Notes under the pieces: model-generated
The model's database searches: none
What the model saw: only the letters and a program-made list of their open reading frames with translations
What the model was told of the DNA's origin: nothing
Part shown: positions 25,152 through 40,151 of the stretch, in pieces
How the letters are laid out: the number at the start of each line of letters is the position of its first letter
Numbering within the stretch: the first letter of the stretch is position 1
Translations under genes and position numbers: made by a program
Assembly: GCA_003693705.1 (NCBI GenBank)
Contig: RBZT01000993.1
Location: 1 to 63,908, forward strand
Source of the DNA: Polymyxa betae A26-41
Lineage: Eukaryota > Protista > Endomyxa: Phytomyxea
Length of the DNA: 63,908 nt
Reading direction: 5' to 3'

Positions 25152-26924
25152 ATGGCCACTGCCATGAGCCGATTGGAGACTGCTGTTAGCAACATCGACC
25201 AGGCTGGTTTCTTTATTGGATACGCAGTCTCCGAGCTGGATGCAGCCAAAAACGCCTACGCTGTCGACGAACAGGAAAGCGATATGACCGACGGCAGCGC
25301 TTTTAAGAAGGCCCGACTTGATAGCGATTCAGTGGCTACTACACCGGTTATAGGTGTCGCAAGTGAGGTCTCCGCTGGTATTCCGTCTCTCTCTTCTACT
25401 GCTCATGATAGTAATGGAGGTTCACCAGCTCTAAGCCAGAACCTGGACGACTCGCCATCTATTCAACTACCATGTGATCAGCACGATAAGCAGCCAGATT
25501 TGCTTGAGACTGCCTTCCAGGAGGCTAAGCCCGAGTCTAATGGCGTTGCTATCCAGTCGTATACAGCTATAAACATGCAGGACAAGGATTCGGATGATGT
25601 CGCTCATATCAAAGTTGAACCAGTCATTAATGGAATGGAGTGCAAGACCGATGCTGAACAAACAGTCAGTATTCCGATGCCGCCTACGTTTATCACAAAT
25701 CGGCGCGAGAGGGAAGTTTATGACGCTGAACAGATGCTTCACTTGCATCAAAACATAACTCCTTTAAGGACTTTAGATCAGTTTTCATGTGGCGGTCGAT
25801 TTATTCTCAACGATACTGATCGAGTTACTCGGGTTCGTTTTGAGACCGGCGAAAAAGAGATGAAAGACGTAGGCAGTATCTGCCAGCTGGCTGTCGCTGA
25901 TCTACTTCGAGGTCATACAAAACTGTCGCCGTTGAATCCTAGCCAGGAACGCGGCGATCATGTTGCGCAAGATCTGGCTGGCGATTTCCGTATCAGTATT
26001 CAAGCCTCTGCTAATACGAAACAACCTGACGAAGCTACATTTCTGGATGAAATTAGGCAGCGCTGCTGTGATGTCTTCAACATTCCATCGTTATCGCTTC
26101 GCCGACGTCATCTTCGTATTTACAGTAAAGGTGGATACAGTCGGCTTTCGATGTCGACGCCCCGAGTCCCTCAACGAACAATCGCCACAGTTGTTGTCTG
26201 TCTTCCGAGCCCATTTACAGGTGGCAAACTCGTGGTCTCCCATTTGAAGATCCGCAAATCTTTCTCATTTGCTGAGAGGTCGGCGTCTCGTGATTCAGTG
26301 CAATGGGCAGCGTTCTATTCCGATTGTGAGTACGAAATCAAGAAAATTCGATCTGGGCATCAAGCACTTGTCATATATGATGCTTGTGTTGAAGGCGATG
26401 AGCCAATGCATCGTCGCCAAATATATAAGCAGGTTTTGACTCGTGCTATCCCGACACCTCCTGTGAATGAGGTTTCATCTTTGGTGGAATCTATTTCGAC
26501 ATTCCTTCTTAAAGCGCCTGTACTCGGTCTTTTCACCTGGTATTCATACACATTATCAGCTCTCAACAAGGCGCCTCTTACCCTAAAGGGTCTTGACCGT
26601 TATATTTATGATGCACTCTCTTCTGATTTTCGGATCATTCTGTTGCCAGTTGTGGTACGTTTGCCTTACGAAGATGATTCTTCTCGTAATATTCGAATTG
26701 CTGCGTTTACGCGTGATGATATCGAATATATGGAAGGTGTTGCAGATAAGCCAGCACATGAGGAGCTGGAGTCATTTCAAGGTGTCATTCCTTTCCCCCT
26801 ACGTTCCGACATAGAGACATTCGAATTTTGCTCAAATGATGAAGTCGAAACGACTTACTTCTATAGTGCAATGGTTATTCAATCATTACGTCCAAATGGT
26901 CTCGTTCCAATAGCGGAAGCCTGA
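25152..26924 (+). CDS. intronless 2OG-Fe(II) oxygenase-like protein with degenerate metal ligands
   Basis: LRIYSKGG..TIATVVVCLPSPFTGGKLVVSH..VQWAAFYSDCEYEI..SGHQ..IYD, plus the downstream LKGLD motif. Confidence 0.75.
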   Translation: MATAMSRLETAVSNIDQAGFFIGYAVSELDAAKNAYAVDEQESDMTDGSAFKKARLDSDSVATTPVIGVASEVSAGIPSLSSTAHDSNGGSPALSQNLDDSPSIQLPCDQHDKQPDLLETAFQEAKPESNGVAIQSYTAINMQDKDSDDVAHIKVEPVINGMECKTDAEQTVSIPMPPTFITNRREREVYDAEQMLHLHQNITPLRTLDQFSCGGRFILNDTDRVTRVRFETGEKEMKDVGSICQLAVADLLRGHTKLSPLNPSQERGDHVAQDLAGDFRISIQASANTKQPDEATFLDEIRQRCCDVFNIPSLSLRRRHLRIYSKGGYSRLSMSTPRVPQRTIATVVVCLPSPFTGGKLVVSHLKIRKSFSFAERSASRDSVQWAAFYSDCEYEIKKIRSGHQALVIYDACVEGDEPMHRRQIYKQVLTRAIPTPPVNEVSSLVESISTFLLKAPVLGLFTWYSYTLSALNKAPLTLKGLDRYIYDALSSDFRIILLPVVVRLPYEDDSSRNIRIAAFTRDDIEYMEGVADKPAHEELESFQGVIPFPLRSDIETFEFCSNDEVETTYFYSAMVIQSLRPNGLVPIAEA

Positions 26925-27145
26925 CAACCCCCTATCTGAGATGTTGAAGCTAAAGCCAATTCCCTCTCTTTCTACAAACTGGATGTAAGGCTTCGAATGA
27001 TTTTTCAGAAATATATTACTCATACACTATTTCTCAATTTTCTTCTGCCTCTCGTCTGCTCTTTTTCTCTAACTGCTTGTTGATGGTAATCGTTGTATCG
27101 GTTCGATGATAAAACCATCAAATTTCGAATAACAATCAAGAATTA

Positions 27146-28598
27146 TCACTCGAAAGTCAGCACGACTTTCCCTTTCCTTCTACCTTGAAGAGCTCGCTCA
27201 ATGGCAGTTGAGAAATTCGCAAAAGGAACAGGCTCCACGTCGACTTTTAAATGACCTCGCAGTATCATATCCTAACATGATGTAAACAAAATCCATCGTC
27301 AAGTATATACAGCCATTACCGTAAGTCTATATAAAACATTTAACTTCTCCTCATTCGAAGCTATTTGATTGGTCCGGGTTAGCCAGAACCCTTTTAAAGT
27401 GATATCGCTAAAAATGAGCAATCTTGTTGGAACAGCAACAGGCTTTCTAGACATTCCACCGTAAGTAATGAGCATACCACCGTAATCTAGAGATCTCGCT
27501 AGCTAAAATCTATAAATGAATTGTTGCAAGATTGAGAGTTTTCGACTTACATTGGTACAGCTCGTTCCACCAACTGCATTCAGAGCCAAGATAGGTTTAG
27601 GTAACTGCATTAATGTTTTAGTATCATTGTCCCTGACAATATGATCAGCGCCGAGTTGATGAAGATGCTCTTCAATTTCATCAAAATCATCACGATCTCT
27701 ATTATAGAGCATTCACCAAACCGATTACAGTCAGAACAAGCCTCAACCTGATAATGTTGATAGTTTTTATATTCATCAGCTTCGCGATCTGAATGATGCA
27801 AAGCCCAACAGTACTATTAGCAGCATTCTGAATGATTACAGAGCCAGGTTCAAGATTCTGTTTGACACTTTAAAAATTGCTTATGAAATTGTAATTCAGC
27901 TTATTTACCATGAAATCATGCAATAATCGATAGGCTGTGACAGGATTAACTGCTAATGTGGCAGCAGAGTATAATGGCAAACCAGATTGAATAGGAATTA
28001 GCTGATCTGGTTTGGCAAGAGCATGAGTTCTCCATGTCCCTTTTTGAAGGTATCAGAATAACAACTAACTATTATAAACAGGTTATACCAAATCCTGGTT
28101 TAGCAGGAATGACCCAGTCGCCGACTTTGAAACCTGATTCATGACCTTCTGGAAGATATTCAATACGAGCTACACCTTCATTGCCTGGTATAGCCGGTAA
28201 TGAAGGAAGAACAGCATATGCACCTTCTATCTAATTTGATATGAGTGGATCTGCTTCACATCAACCTGTTTTTACCTGATTTATATCAGAAGGGTTGATT
28301 GGAGACGCCAAAAACTTGATCAGTATGTGATCATTGTCTATTTTTGGTTCTGTCGTCTGTACCAACCTACCGAAGGTTGAGTAAATTCCATTTAGGGCAA
28401 TAGATACGACCTGGTGACCCGAACTGGATTACCATGTTCAGAATATAGCACCGAGCCATAAAATCGAGCTTGTCTAAAGGAATCATTGGCAGGTTTCTGG
28501 AAGAGAGATAGATATCGACGTTTCCTGAGAAGCTTACTAATAAAGCAAATGTGATTAACATCGTTAAGAAGAGGATTGAGAGAGGACAATATCAACAT
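27146..28598 (-). CDS. MECR: mitochondrial trans-2-enoyl-ACP/CoA reductase
   Basis: [20 protein letters not shown]|[74 protein letters not shown]. Confidence 0.93.
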
Positions 28599-28869
28599 TA
28601 TTATGATCTGTAAATATGACTATATATACGAGTAGTGCGTTATAATATCATATCATATTCATCTGGTAGCAATTAGATCATCAAGTCCATCATGTTAAAA
28701 CATGAGCAAACAGGAAATAATGGACATTAATGGTCAACGAAGGAGGTTTAGCAGGTTTTTCATAAAGAAAATCAATTTGTTCTGTAACTGAGGATGATAC
28801 AGGATCTGGCATTATAGCCATAATGAATATCGTATGATACCTGTAGTTTAATACATAGTGAATATTGAA

Positions 28870-29154
28870 ATCACAGAATGTTGTCATACACAACTTGGAC
28901 ATTGCAACGAACACCTCAGTGGTTTTGTCTATCTCCATGTTGGTGTTGATGGATTGCATGATGGCTAGATAGGTACTTCTTCACCTAGAACAATAGTTTC
29001 CTCGAGGTTGAGTAGATCGTCTTCCTTGGAGCTTTAAAAAACAGACCTCCTTTTGTCGCGATCTTTTACTTCAACATCAACATGGAGATTGACAAACAAA
29101 ACCACCGAGGTGTTCGTTGCGATGTCCAAGTTGTTTATGGCAACGTTCTGAGAT
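28870..29154. repeat. inverted duplication of about 80 bp with a spacer of about 120 bp
   Basis: The reverse complement of 28870-28949 matches 29071-29154 with scattered substitutions and a 4-nt indel. Confidence 0.9.
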
Positions 29155-30100
29155 AAACTTTCCTGCATGAAACATTTCCGAGCTTTTGATGAGCGCAACG
29201 AAGTTGAAGAATTCCATACTGAATGGATTCGAAACAGTTTACTGCAGGGTTATGTTTTACACCATTGGAGAATCTACTGTATCATGTAGAATATGTGAAC
29301 ATTGGTCAATTCCCTGATCAATATTCACGAATTTAGAGCATCACCTTGTCTTGGTTAAACTCTTTTAAAGTCTCTAATGACCCTCATACAGGAAAACTTT
29401 GGCAATCTTGAGTTACCTCAACTGTTTGCATCTACTGCTTTCGTTTATCTGGATGATTGTGAGATTGGTTCTTTGTTACCTCTGTTTGATATTAAGAAGT
29501 TGCCTTGTCAGCTTCTGTTTATGATCTTGAAAACTGCATAAAGCTGTTTGATCAAAGCAAGCAGTTCTATAAAACCAAATAGGTAGATAACCTGTTAGAT
29601 TGTAAAGATTATAATATTGATTGACACAGCAATCAAGTCATATCTCCTATACAAGTTCATTATCATCTATCAATCATTGCCAATGCCCATTTCATCATCC
29701 AGTTCTCTTTATTTGAACTCAATGCATATCATTCCTTAGAGCATGTTAAGCATGACCAGGATTTACCAAGTGCTTGCCTTCGACATACATCTTTCCAGTC
29801 AATAATTGGCAATCCGTTGGGATCTGCTACGTGTGCATGAGATAAGGAGAATATCGGAGTGCTGTAAGCAAAATCTTAATTGGATTTGGCGATTTAGTTG
29901 AATGCCATGATTTATCATGTCGTTTGCAAGCCTAAGACAACAATCTCATCTGAGGCCAATATTGTAATCAACAAAACGACTGAATGGTCTATGGTTTGGG
30001 GTATATAAATCTTAATGCAAAGAGAGGAAGCTGCTACAATCTGCTTTATATGATAATCAGCTATATCCAATTGAGAAATAAAAACAAATTCATATTTGTT
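29082..30100 (+). pseudogene. intron-containing pseudogene
   Basis: ATG at 29082, a 4-nt CAAA duplication causing a frameshift, TGA/TAA stops, protein-like exons (TLLKSLMTLIQENFGNLELPQLF...) and a GTAGAT..CACAG intron. Confidence 0.55.
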
Positions 30101-30123
30101 GCAGTATTCTAATAATTTTCATT

Positions 30124-30988
30124 TCATTTAATCAAGGTGATACCAATATTACCTCCAAGTTGGTTGAGACAAGAATAGAACAAATGATCGGTTAGCTGGA
30201 TGCCCACATTTCGGCTGCGTTTCTTTGTCATTTTACGAATATGACCCATTGACATAATCTTTTTCGAATCCTGAAGAGAATATTGTTAAGATTTAGGTTT
30301 ACTTGGACTAATGATGGTTACCTCTCTGAGAATTTCTGTGATAATAGAAGTCAGTGTTTTACCATCAACATTTTTCTAAATTCATAATTAGATTTCCATT
30401 TCAATAATTCCCCCTTATGTGATATCATACATTTGATTCTTGATCATGATCTATGCTACATGATATCTCCCCATCTCTTTCTTCTCTATCCTGATTTAGT
30501 TCCTTAGCATTGTTCATGCTCTTTCGATTTTTCGTTTCTGATTTCTTCTTTTCATTCTGATCAGAAGTCTCGCCATTTTCCCTACATTCGTGATTCTCCC
30601 GTAACAACTCGGCCTTCGATTCAGCGGGAGACTCTATCGAAGATTCCTTCGTCTCGCAGCACGAATTCTTGTGCCGTTTTGTGGCAGATTTCTCAGTAGT
30701 ATTGGTCTGTTGCAAAGTTCTTTTGTTGGCTGGAGATTTGGGTTTCTTTTCTCGATATAAACTCTTTTCGTACTTCTCAGCTTCAGAAATACATGAAGTA
30801 TGTTTAACATAATCATTTCCAAAGAATGTTACTGAGCAATCAATGCAAGAAACTGAATTAGATCCACAATTATGTCTGGCAACCTTTTGCTTTTTCATCG
30901 TCTCCTGATCATGACAATGTTAGATCAAGTTAAGGATATCGGCCTGTCAGAGACTTACATTGCATCCATCACAACAGAAGCTGACCAT
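30124..30988 (-). CDS. LYAR: LYAR-type C2HC zinc-finger nucleolar protein
   Basis: MVSFCCDGCN|ETMKKQKVARH..C..VSCIDCSVTFFGNDYVKHTSCISEAEKYE. Confidence 0.9.
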
Positions 30989-31445
30989 GATCGATGAGAG
31001 ATATCCTTCAATGTGTAGAAAGGTAGAAATTTCAGATCTGGACAGGTCATGATGACCTTGCGGAGAGGTATTCCGCAAACCTGCACTCGAAATATTCAAC
31101 CAACGGAGATTGTTGTTCTTATCAGTAAAATATACTCCCGTTTGATGATGTTTATAGGCATTTTGTTTCAGAGGTGGTCCTTGATTAGTCATATCTGGAG
31201 CTATGATAAAACTTCTGAACATGTCAGCCAATTGATCGTTTTGATGATATGCTTGCAGCACTGTTTATATAAAGTGATATTGGATAATGCGACATTTGTC
31301 AATTGATAAAGTTCATATAGTAATGAATATTATATTACAGTAATATTGATATGAATGATTATACAAACTACATATACAGTACCATGTACATTCTACGGTG
31401 ACATTTATTAGACAGGCGCATACACACTAATACATTCACATCAAT

Positions 31446-32045
31446 ATGATATCTCTTCGTTCAGTACTACAGATACCCAGCAGATGTCTATCTTGCTCTA
31501 CATCGACTGCTTTCCACAGAAACAAGCCGCCCAAACAAGATCTACCTGTTCGTGCAGATGATGCTATGTTTGTGGTTCCCAAGCGCATCACCAGTGCTTC
31601 TGTTCATATTGTTCATGTTCAACCAGGCGCTCCTGAAGCAGTCAAGTCTAGGTAATTTGAATCTATGCATTGATTAACTGATTTACCAATGCTTAGGTTA
31701 TTTGCTGTATTCTGTATTGGTGGCAAACAGTACAAAGTGACACCGGGTGATATCGTCATGACTCCACATCTAAGACACATTGATATCGGTAATAAGCTTC
31801 GCATCGAAAGTGTTCTTCTAGTTGGAGGTTTGGACTTTTCCATCATCGGCAGGCCTCATGTCGAGAACTCGGCGATATTGGCCTCCGTTCAGGAGCAAAC
31901 TCAAACATCGAAGATCATTGTCTTCAAGAAGAAACGTCGCCAAGGATACCGCCGTACTAGAGGTCATCGTACCGATGTCTCCATAATCAGAATCGACGAT
32001 ATCGAACTTGGTGCACAATCTCCTGTCTCTAATTTTTCTACCTAA
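31446..32045 (+). CDS. MRPL21: mitochondrial ribosomal protein bL21m
   Basis: Presequence-like exon 1; FAVFCIGGKQYKVTPGD..VLLVG..IGRP..KIIVFKKKRRQGYRRTRGHR. Confidence 0.93.
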
Positions 32046-32106
32046 CATATAACAATCGCATCATTGTTTTTCATTCAAATATTCTTCCTGTATTGGTTAT
32101 GAGGAA

Positions 32107-33841
<1,735 letters not shown>

Positions 33842-34419
33842 CTTCAAAGGCGATCGAGGCCTGCGAAATCCTGTGAGATCAACAATACATGTTGAAATGA
33901 TAGCCCAACTTGGTCAAAGGAAAGCCTCCAATCTGGAATTTTAGAGGCACCATGGTCTTTGACTAAAGTATGAACAGGACGACAGCACAACAAAGCACCG
34001 AACCGGACGAATCAGAGCAAGATTTTCATGTTTTTTAGAGCAATGCAACATGATCTATTGAGGGCGTTGAAGGTGTACTTGGATTTGGTCTCCGAATATC
34101 TAGATCCCGGCCATAGCCTCCTACCGAAAACGGTTGCCTGAAGCACTCCGAACAATTCAGTGTCAATGAAAGCGAAATGCAATGACATTGCGATTATATT
34201 GAGTATGGTATAAACTGATGGTAATGATTATGATGCATATAATGTAACAGAAGACAGGTAGTGAGTATCTATAATACTATAACCTATTAATGTATAAGAC
34301 GAGCTAAGGCGGCGCGGCCTTATCTTTATTGTTCCAATTCCATCCATCTCTGTCTTCATATTGTTATTTCCGCTCGCCAGACCATCATACTAGCTTTCAG
34401 ACGCAACGCCTGATTCAAA

Positions 34420-35075
34420 ATGGTATAATATCTTGTAATGTTAACATTTGAAAGTTAATTGTTGCTCAGTCGAAGACTCTGGCGCCGTACCTGACGGCAG
34501 TTCGCCAAACGCTGACCGCCGCTTTATCAATTCGAAATTTCCCATCGCAGAAAATTGAAAGGCATAATAAACCGGAGGTTGAGGCTCGGTTAGTTTCAGG
34601 CTTTGATAGTTTACATATGCAATATTAATCCCCAGTTAGAATGAATCCCGAATTGCTGCTGACACCTGTGGTAATTTCACGAAACGAGCGAGAGCGGACA
34701 TTAATAGAGCCATCGATCAATTCAGTTCGTGTATCGATTGCTATCAAGCAAGCTGATGCCTTGGAAATTGTTTTAGCCGAGAGATTCTCTAGATTTCTAA
34801 TGCAACGCGCTGAAGAATTCCACATCCTTCGTCGTAAAGCAGTAGATGCGACATTCGCTGTCGCTCAAAAAGGTGGAGGCTTTGAACAGAAAAAATACGA
34901 TATCAGCTTCTTGATTACAAACTTCCACACTGAAGATATGTCGAAAGTAAAATTGGTGGACTTTATAATCGAATTCATGAACGAGATCGATAAAGAAATC
35001 AGCGAAATGAAGTTGAACGTCAATAGTCGAGCTCGTGTCGTTGGCGAATTATTCCTACAGCAATTCGTCGCCTAA
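34420..35075 (+). CDS. ARPC4: Arp2/3 complex subunit 4 (p20-Arc)
   Basis: ATG|intron|[62 protein letters not shown]. Confidence 0.95.
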
Positions 35076-35297
35076 TTATTGGTATCCTTTTCTGTATGGG
35101 ATGAAAGTGAATTCATTACTTCGCTGCTGTTAATTTTAAACTAAAATATTACAAGGTTATTTCCTAAGCATGACCTGAAATTGCAAAGCCTCACTTCAAT
35201 TAGGCATAATTGCAATCTTCTGTATAGCTAAAGTAAGAGATAGCACGTATAAATGACAGTTTTATACAAATAGGCAAATACAGTGTAGAAGTGCTGG

Positions 35298-38200
35298 CTA
35301 AACACGTCGTGCTGGTTGTGATTTATTCTTTGGCTGTGGGATATCTGAGCCTCTGCATCTGATGAAGATCTCCCGAACAACAACTACAATAAAGATAGCA
35401 GCAACAATACCAATAACGATTCCGACAATGTAAACAACTGTGTAGTTCGAGGAAGATGTCGATTGCTGTAAGACATCATTGGGGCAATTAGCATCGCGAT
35501 TAACGGCCACAGATCCATCAGATGTACAATACTGGATAGTTCTGATCGATTGTGTATCTAAAGTTTGAAATATGGGCTTTCCACGAATAGTACTGCTTGG
35601 ATCCAAGAAGTCAGAATCGATTCTGCTAATGAGACTCTTTCTTGCTGTACTTGAATCTAAATGAATCCGAGTTGCAACAAACGTCTTGCTTCTGGAGTAA
35701 TCGAATGTCACAGTTAATACCTTGATGGTGCTAACCCCGATATTAAATCCATCACTCAGCTGGGTTTTCAAATCTGTTATGAAAGAACTCTCATTCCAGA
35801 TTCGCGTCAGGGTGAAATTCAGATCTAAATCGTATAACAGGTTCAACGGTGCAGATGAAGATGTAGGATTGAGAGTTGTGCTGGACTGTGATGATGAAGA
35901 TATAGACGATGACGGAGATAGAGTTGGCATGACAGCACTATAAAGATAATCAGATGATAATCGAATATGAAGACAGAGGATCTAACGGGCATAATGGTAG
36001 AGATGAAGGTGAACAAACTGAACATTGTGGTGGCATAAATGGAGCACATTGTAAGCTGGGCCAATGATCAAATTCCCTAACAGCAATAAGGATTTGTAAA
36101 AGAGTTCTGACATGTATAATACATAGTTGTGTTGTATGAACTTAGATTGGCTAATAACAAAGGAGGCATCCAAGTTAGCTTCGATTGTTGGAAATTACTA
36201 TCAAATATTAGATAATGCAATGATAACAAGTTTGTTATTACAGTGAACGTAATGCATGCAGATTTGAGAATGCATTTGCTGAGAACGATATGACTGTATC
36301 TCCAGATATATCACTACAAGATCTGATTAGTTTAACATTCTATTACAGCATATAAACATGATATACAGCTTCTCAATATATGATCCATTATATAGATCTG
36401 TATCTGAGAAACTTTCCCAAATATTTCCTGAAGCAATACTATACAGAACCTAAGTTATGACATTGGTTCAATTCTAAAGCATACCTACATAGATTTAAGG
36501 GAAGGAAGATGAGGATTCAGTAAAGCTTTTGATGGGAACTTTGTAAACTTGTTATTGGAGAAGTCAATTGTAGAGAGATTTAACATATTCTTGAAGCAAT
36601 TGTCGGGAAAATCCCATAATGAATTGTTAGTCAATTTTCTACAAAACATTGTTGGATACTTGGATAGATATTAACAATAAAATAAATCAGGATTTACAGG
36701 ATAGTTAAAGATTGTAATGATAGAAATGATCGATCAGTAAAAGTATTTATGGAATTTGCTGACAGATCTCTTATTTCAGCTAATAAACAATTGAAAGATT
36801 TTGTAATTATTGTACTTACAGTGTGATCAAGGTTGTTAGATTGAATATATTCGAATCTATAGAATGGATTTTATTGAAGCTTAAATCTCTATAATCGATA
36901 TTAGAATATGCATTGAGATTGTTAATAATGTACTTACAGATATTGAAGAGTATCATGTGAATTACTGAATACATTGATATCTAACTGGGATATCTGATTA
37001 TCATGTAAATCACTGCATATTCAATGTTATTATATGTTATAGACGATAAGCAACTACTAACAGGATCTGAATATCAGTATTGATGTATAGTGAAGTAGGG
37101 AGATATTGGAGATTATTATGTGAGAGATAGATAGTATGTAGATGATGTAATTGATCAAATATATGATCAGGTATGGATCTTATCTGATTATTAGATAAAT
37201 CTCTACATATTATATCACTGAATATATAATGAGATCCATATTTACATACAGAATTCTTAAAGATGACAATTGAGATAGTACGAAACTATCGTTAAATCCT
37301 GTTATGGCATTCGAGCTTAAATTTCTGTAAACCAATCAGAATGTGATCGTGTGAATACTAATTGAATTTTACATACAATATATGAATATTTGGATGTATA
37401 GTATTGATAAAAGTATTATTTAATAGACCATATAGACCAGTAGAAGTGAGATCTCTGATATACAATATATTCAATTACAAATATGGATATCAGATATCAA
37501 TCATACATGCAATTAGTGCATTGAATTAATACCAATATGAATATTATAGCACATGAATCATGAATATAACCAGTAATATTCATCAGCAGTTATATTCAAT
37601 TAGGCAAATGATCACAGGTACTACAATATGATCAGTATTAATTGACCTGCACATCATTATTATCTTCTAATTCGACATTATACAGAATATATTTCCAATA
37701 TTTCAATAAATTCGTTGGTATAATATACTTGAATATGATAATTATATGTGTGACATATAATACTCGTCTCATTCCATTCAATAACATTCATGAAGTATAA
37801 ACTGCACAGATATCTCGTTACAACAAATCCGAACACCTTTTTTGATCGTGTATTTTAATATTGTGATATGATTGGGAGATTATTATTATAGTTTAGATGG
37901 AGAGATAACTGTCACATTTGATATTTAACGATATATACGGGGAGCCAGTACGACCCCCAAGAATATCATATCTGACTGCAAATTACTACTCATATTATAC
38001 TTAACAATTGATATCAGACTTTGATATGAACGAGATCATTGATTTAATTGCCAAGAACTCGTATATAATATGTAACTATCATTATTCTGTACATAAATCT
38101 ACTTTATTACAACAATGGATAATATCGCCATGCATTTGTAAACAGTGCATTAAATCGACAGCAGATTCCAACCATTTATTCCTATTGCAAATGCTTTACA

Positions 38201-38790
38201 ATATGCTTGCTGAAGTGTGAGCCTCTATCAGAAGCTGAATGATTATTTGCTTCAATTAAATGATAAAGTATAAGGTAAACTACTAATGGATTTAATGATG
38301 GAAATATTCTACTTACTAATAGTCAGGTCTAGGTCCAGAATCAGATCCCAATTTAAAGAATAAATCTTTATTGATAACGTATTTGCAATCTGGTAAATCC
38401 ATGTACTGCACTTTATTTATGCAGTAAATCCCATCATATTGATCACATTGTTGATATTGACGTTCTCCTACAAATTCATCAAACTGAATCAATCCTGACA
38501 TATTTGTAATTAGTTCGAAACCCATCACTGAATAAATTTGTATATCATGCTGTTGGCTTCATTCAACTGAATTAGTTCTCAGCAGGTATTTACAAATTGA
38601 ACATTGTTCTGAATCAGAATCCTGTACATTATATTTCTATATTGAATAATACCCTATTACAGATAAAAGAGATGGTTAAACATATGAAGATGTTGAGAAT
38701 TGTATCACAATAGATGATTGATCAGATTTACATCAGTTTTAGTTATTACTTTAATATCAATATATGAGATGATATCTCGATTATATTCTC
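35298..38790 (-). CDS. AT-rich multi-exon LRR-containing single-pass membrane protein; 5' end uncertain
   Basis: LRR exons DLSANSINTFTDRSFLSLQSLTIL and KLTNNSLWDFPDNCFKNMLNLSTIDFSNNKFTKFPSKAL; Ser/Thr stalk; TM VVYIVGIVIGIVAAIFIVVVV. Confidence 0.6.
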
Positions 38791-39010
38791 GTATTAAAGC
38801 AACACGTGTTCAATCATGTTTAATTTCTCAATATTACCATCATTCTACCAATCTCAACAGCTCTTCAATTTGCTTAAATAAAGCTGAGAGACAAGATCAT
38901 CAGCGATTTAATTCCTGTGACTATTTGTCAATTATTCATATTTTCAGATATATCCAGAATAATCTCGAATTTGGATTCTCTTGTTCATTATTGTGCAAAT
39001 CCACAATTCA

Positions 39011-40102
39011 ATGGGCGCTCGTCCTTTTGTTGTGGACGGGTTTGCAATGGCACCTGAATGTCCCAAATCTCCAGAGATTAAGCCCATTATTGATGAACAA
39101 TCTCATTCTCCTCTAGCAGATCAACCAGCTCCCGAACGTCATCTAATCAATTATGTCGATTCTGAGCCGCCTTCACGTTATCAAAGTTTAGCTTTGCCAG
39201 ATGGTCGATCTTATTATTTCGATGTTGAAGTAGTTCGTTCTCCAGTATGGATGATTGATGCTCTTGTTATATTTAACATTATCTTAACATTGGTGATATT
39301 CGGTCGTAATTCCTGGAGACTTGACAATGTTCATTCAAATCCATTAATAGGACCTAATGTCACTGTATTAGATCAATATGGCTTAAAGAATACATCTCGT
39401 ATAATCAATAACAATGAATGGTGGCGTCTATTATCATCAATATTCCTTCATGCTGGTGCTGCTGATCTCATATATACTTTATTAATATTGCTTATTGCTG
39501 GTATTCCTCTGGAATCTGCCTATGGATTTCGTGCAATCATTTTCATATATTTAAGCTGTGGAATAATGGGTATGGGAGTTAGTAGTGTATTTACACCATC
39601 AATGTATAGTATTGGAGGTGTTGCTGCTAGTGTTGGATTATTAGGTGCACGTATTGGTGATGTCACTAAGAATGGACTTGAATTAAGACGAGGTCGTGTT
39701 CAAGTCACATTAGCTATGACGATTGGCTTATTTCTTCTTGCAATTGGTATGGGACTCATGCCTTTCATTGATAATGTCGCCATCATTGTAGCATTTGGTA
39801 ATCGTTAATAACACTCCTATCATTTGTTGATAATCACATGATCAACAGGAATGGGATTTCTGGCTGGCTTGGCACTGCTAAAACTCAATATCAAAATTGG
39901 GCCAAACGTCCAGAAATCTAATTTAACACTGGTGGAGTTATTAGCTGGTGTCTGCTGGCTACTTTTAGTAACTAGTGCAGTTCTAAATTTTAATGAGATT
40001 AGATCTGGAAGGCCTTGTTTTTATTGCACCCTTCCATCATGGTTTCCCTTATGCATGGAGACCAAATATTGGACATGCGCTTCTCAATTTGTCAAGAGCT
40101 AA
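39011..40102 (+). CDS. rhomboid-like membrane protein lacking catalytic Ser/His
   Basis: NPLIGP, EWWRLLSSIFLHAG, LES.YG..IYL..G, IGMGLMPFIDN, C-terminal CFYC..C..C; the GxSG position reads SIGGVAA. Confidence 0.85.
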
Positions 40103-40151
40103 TCAATCAGTGCTCTAATAATCAATAATATATTACTGAGTGATATTATAG

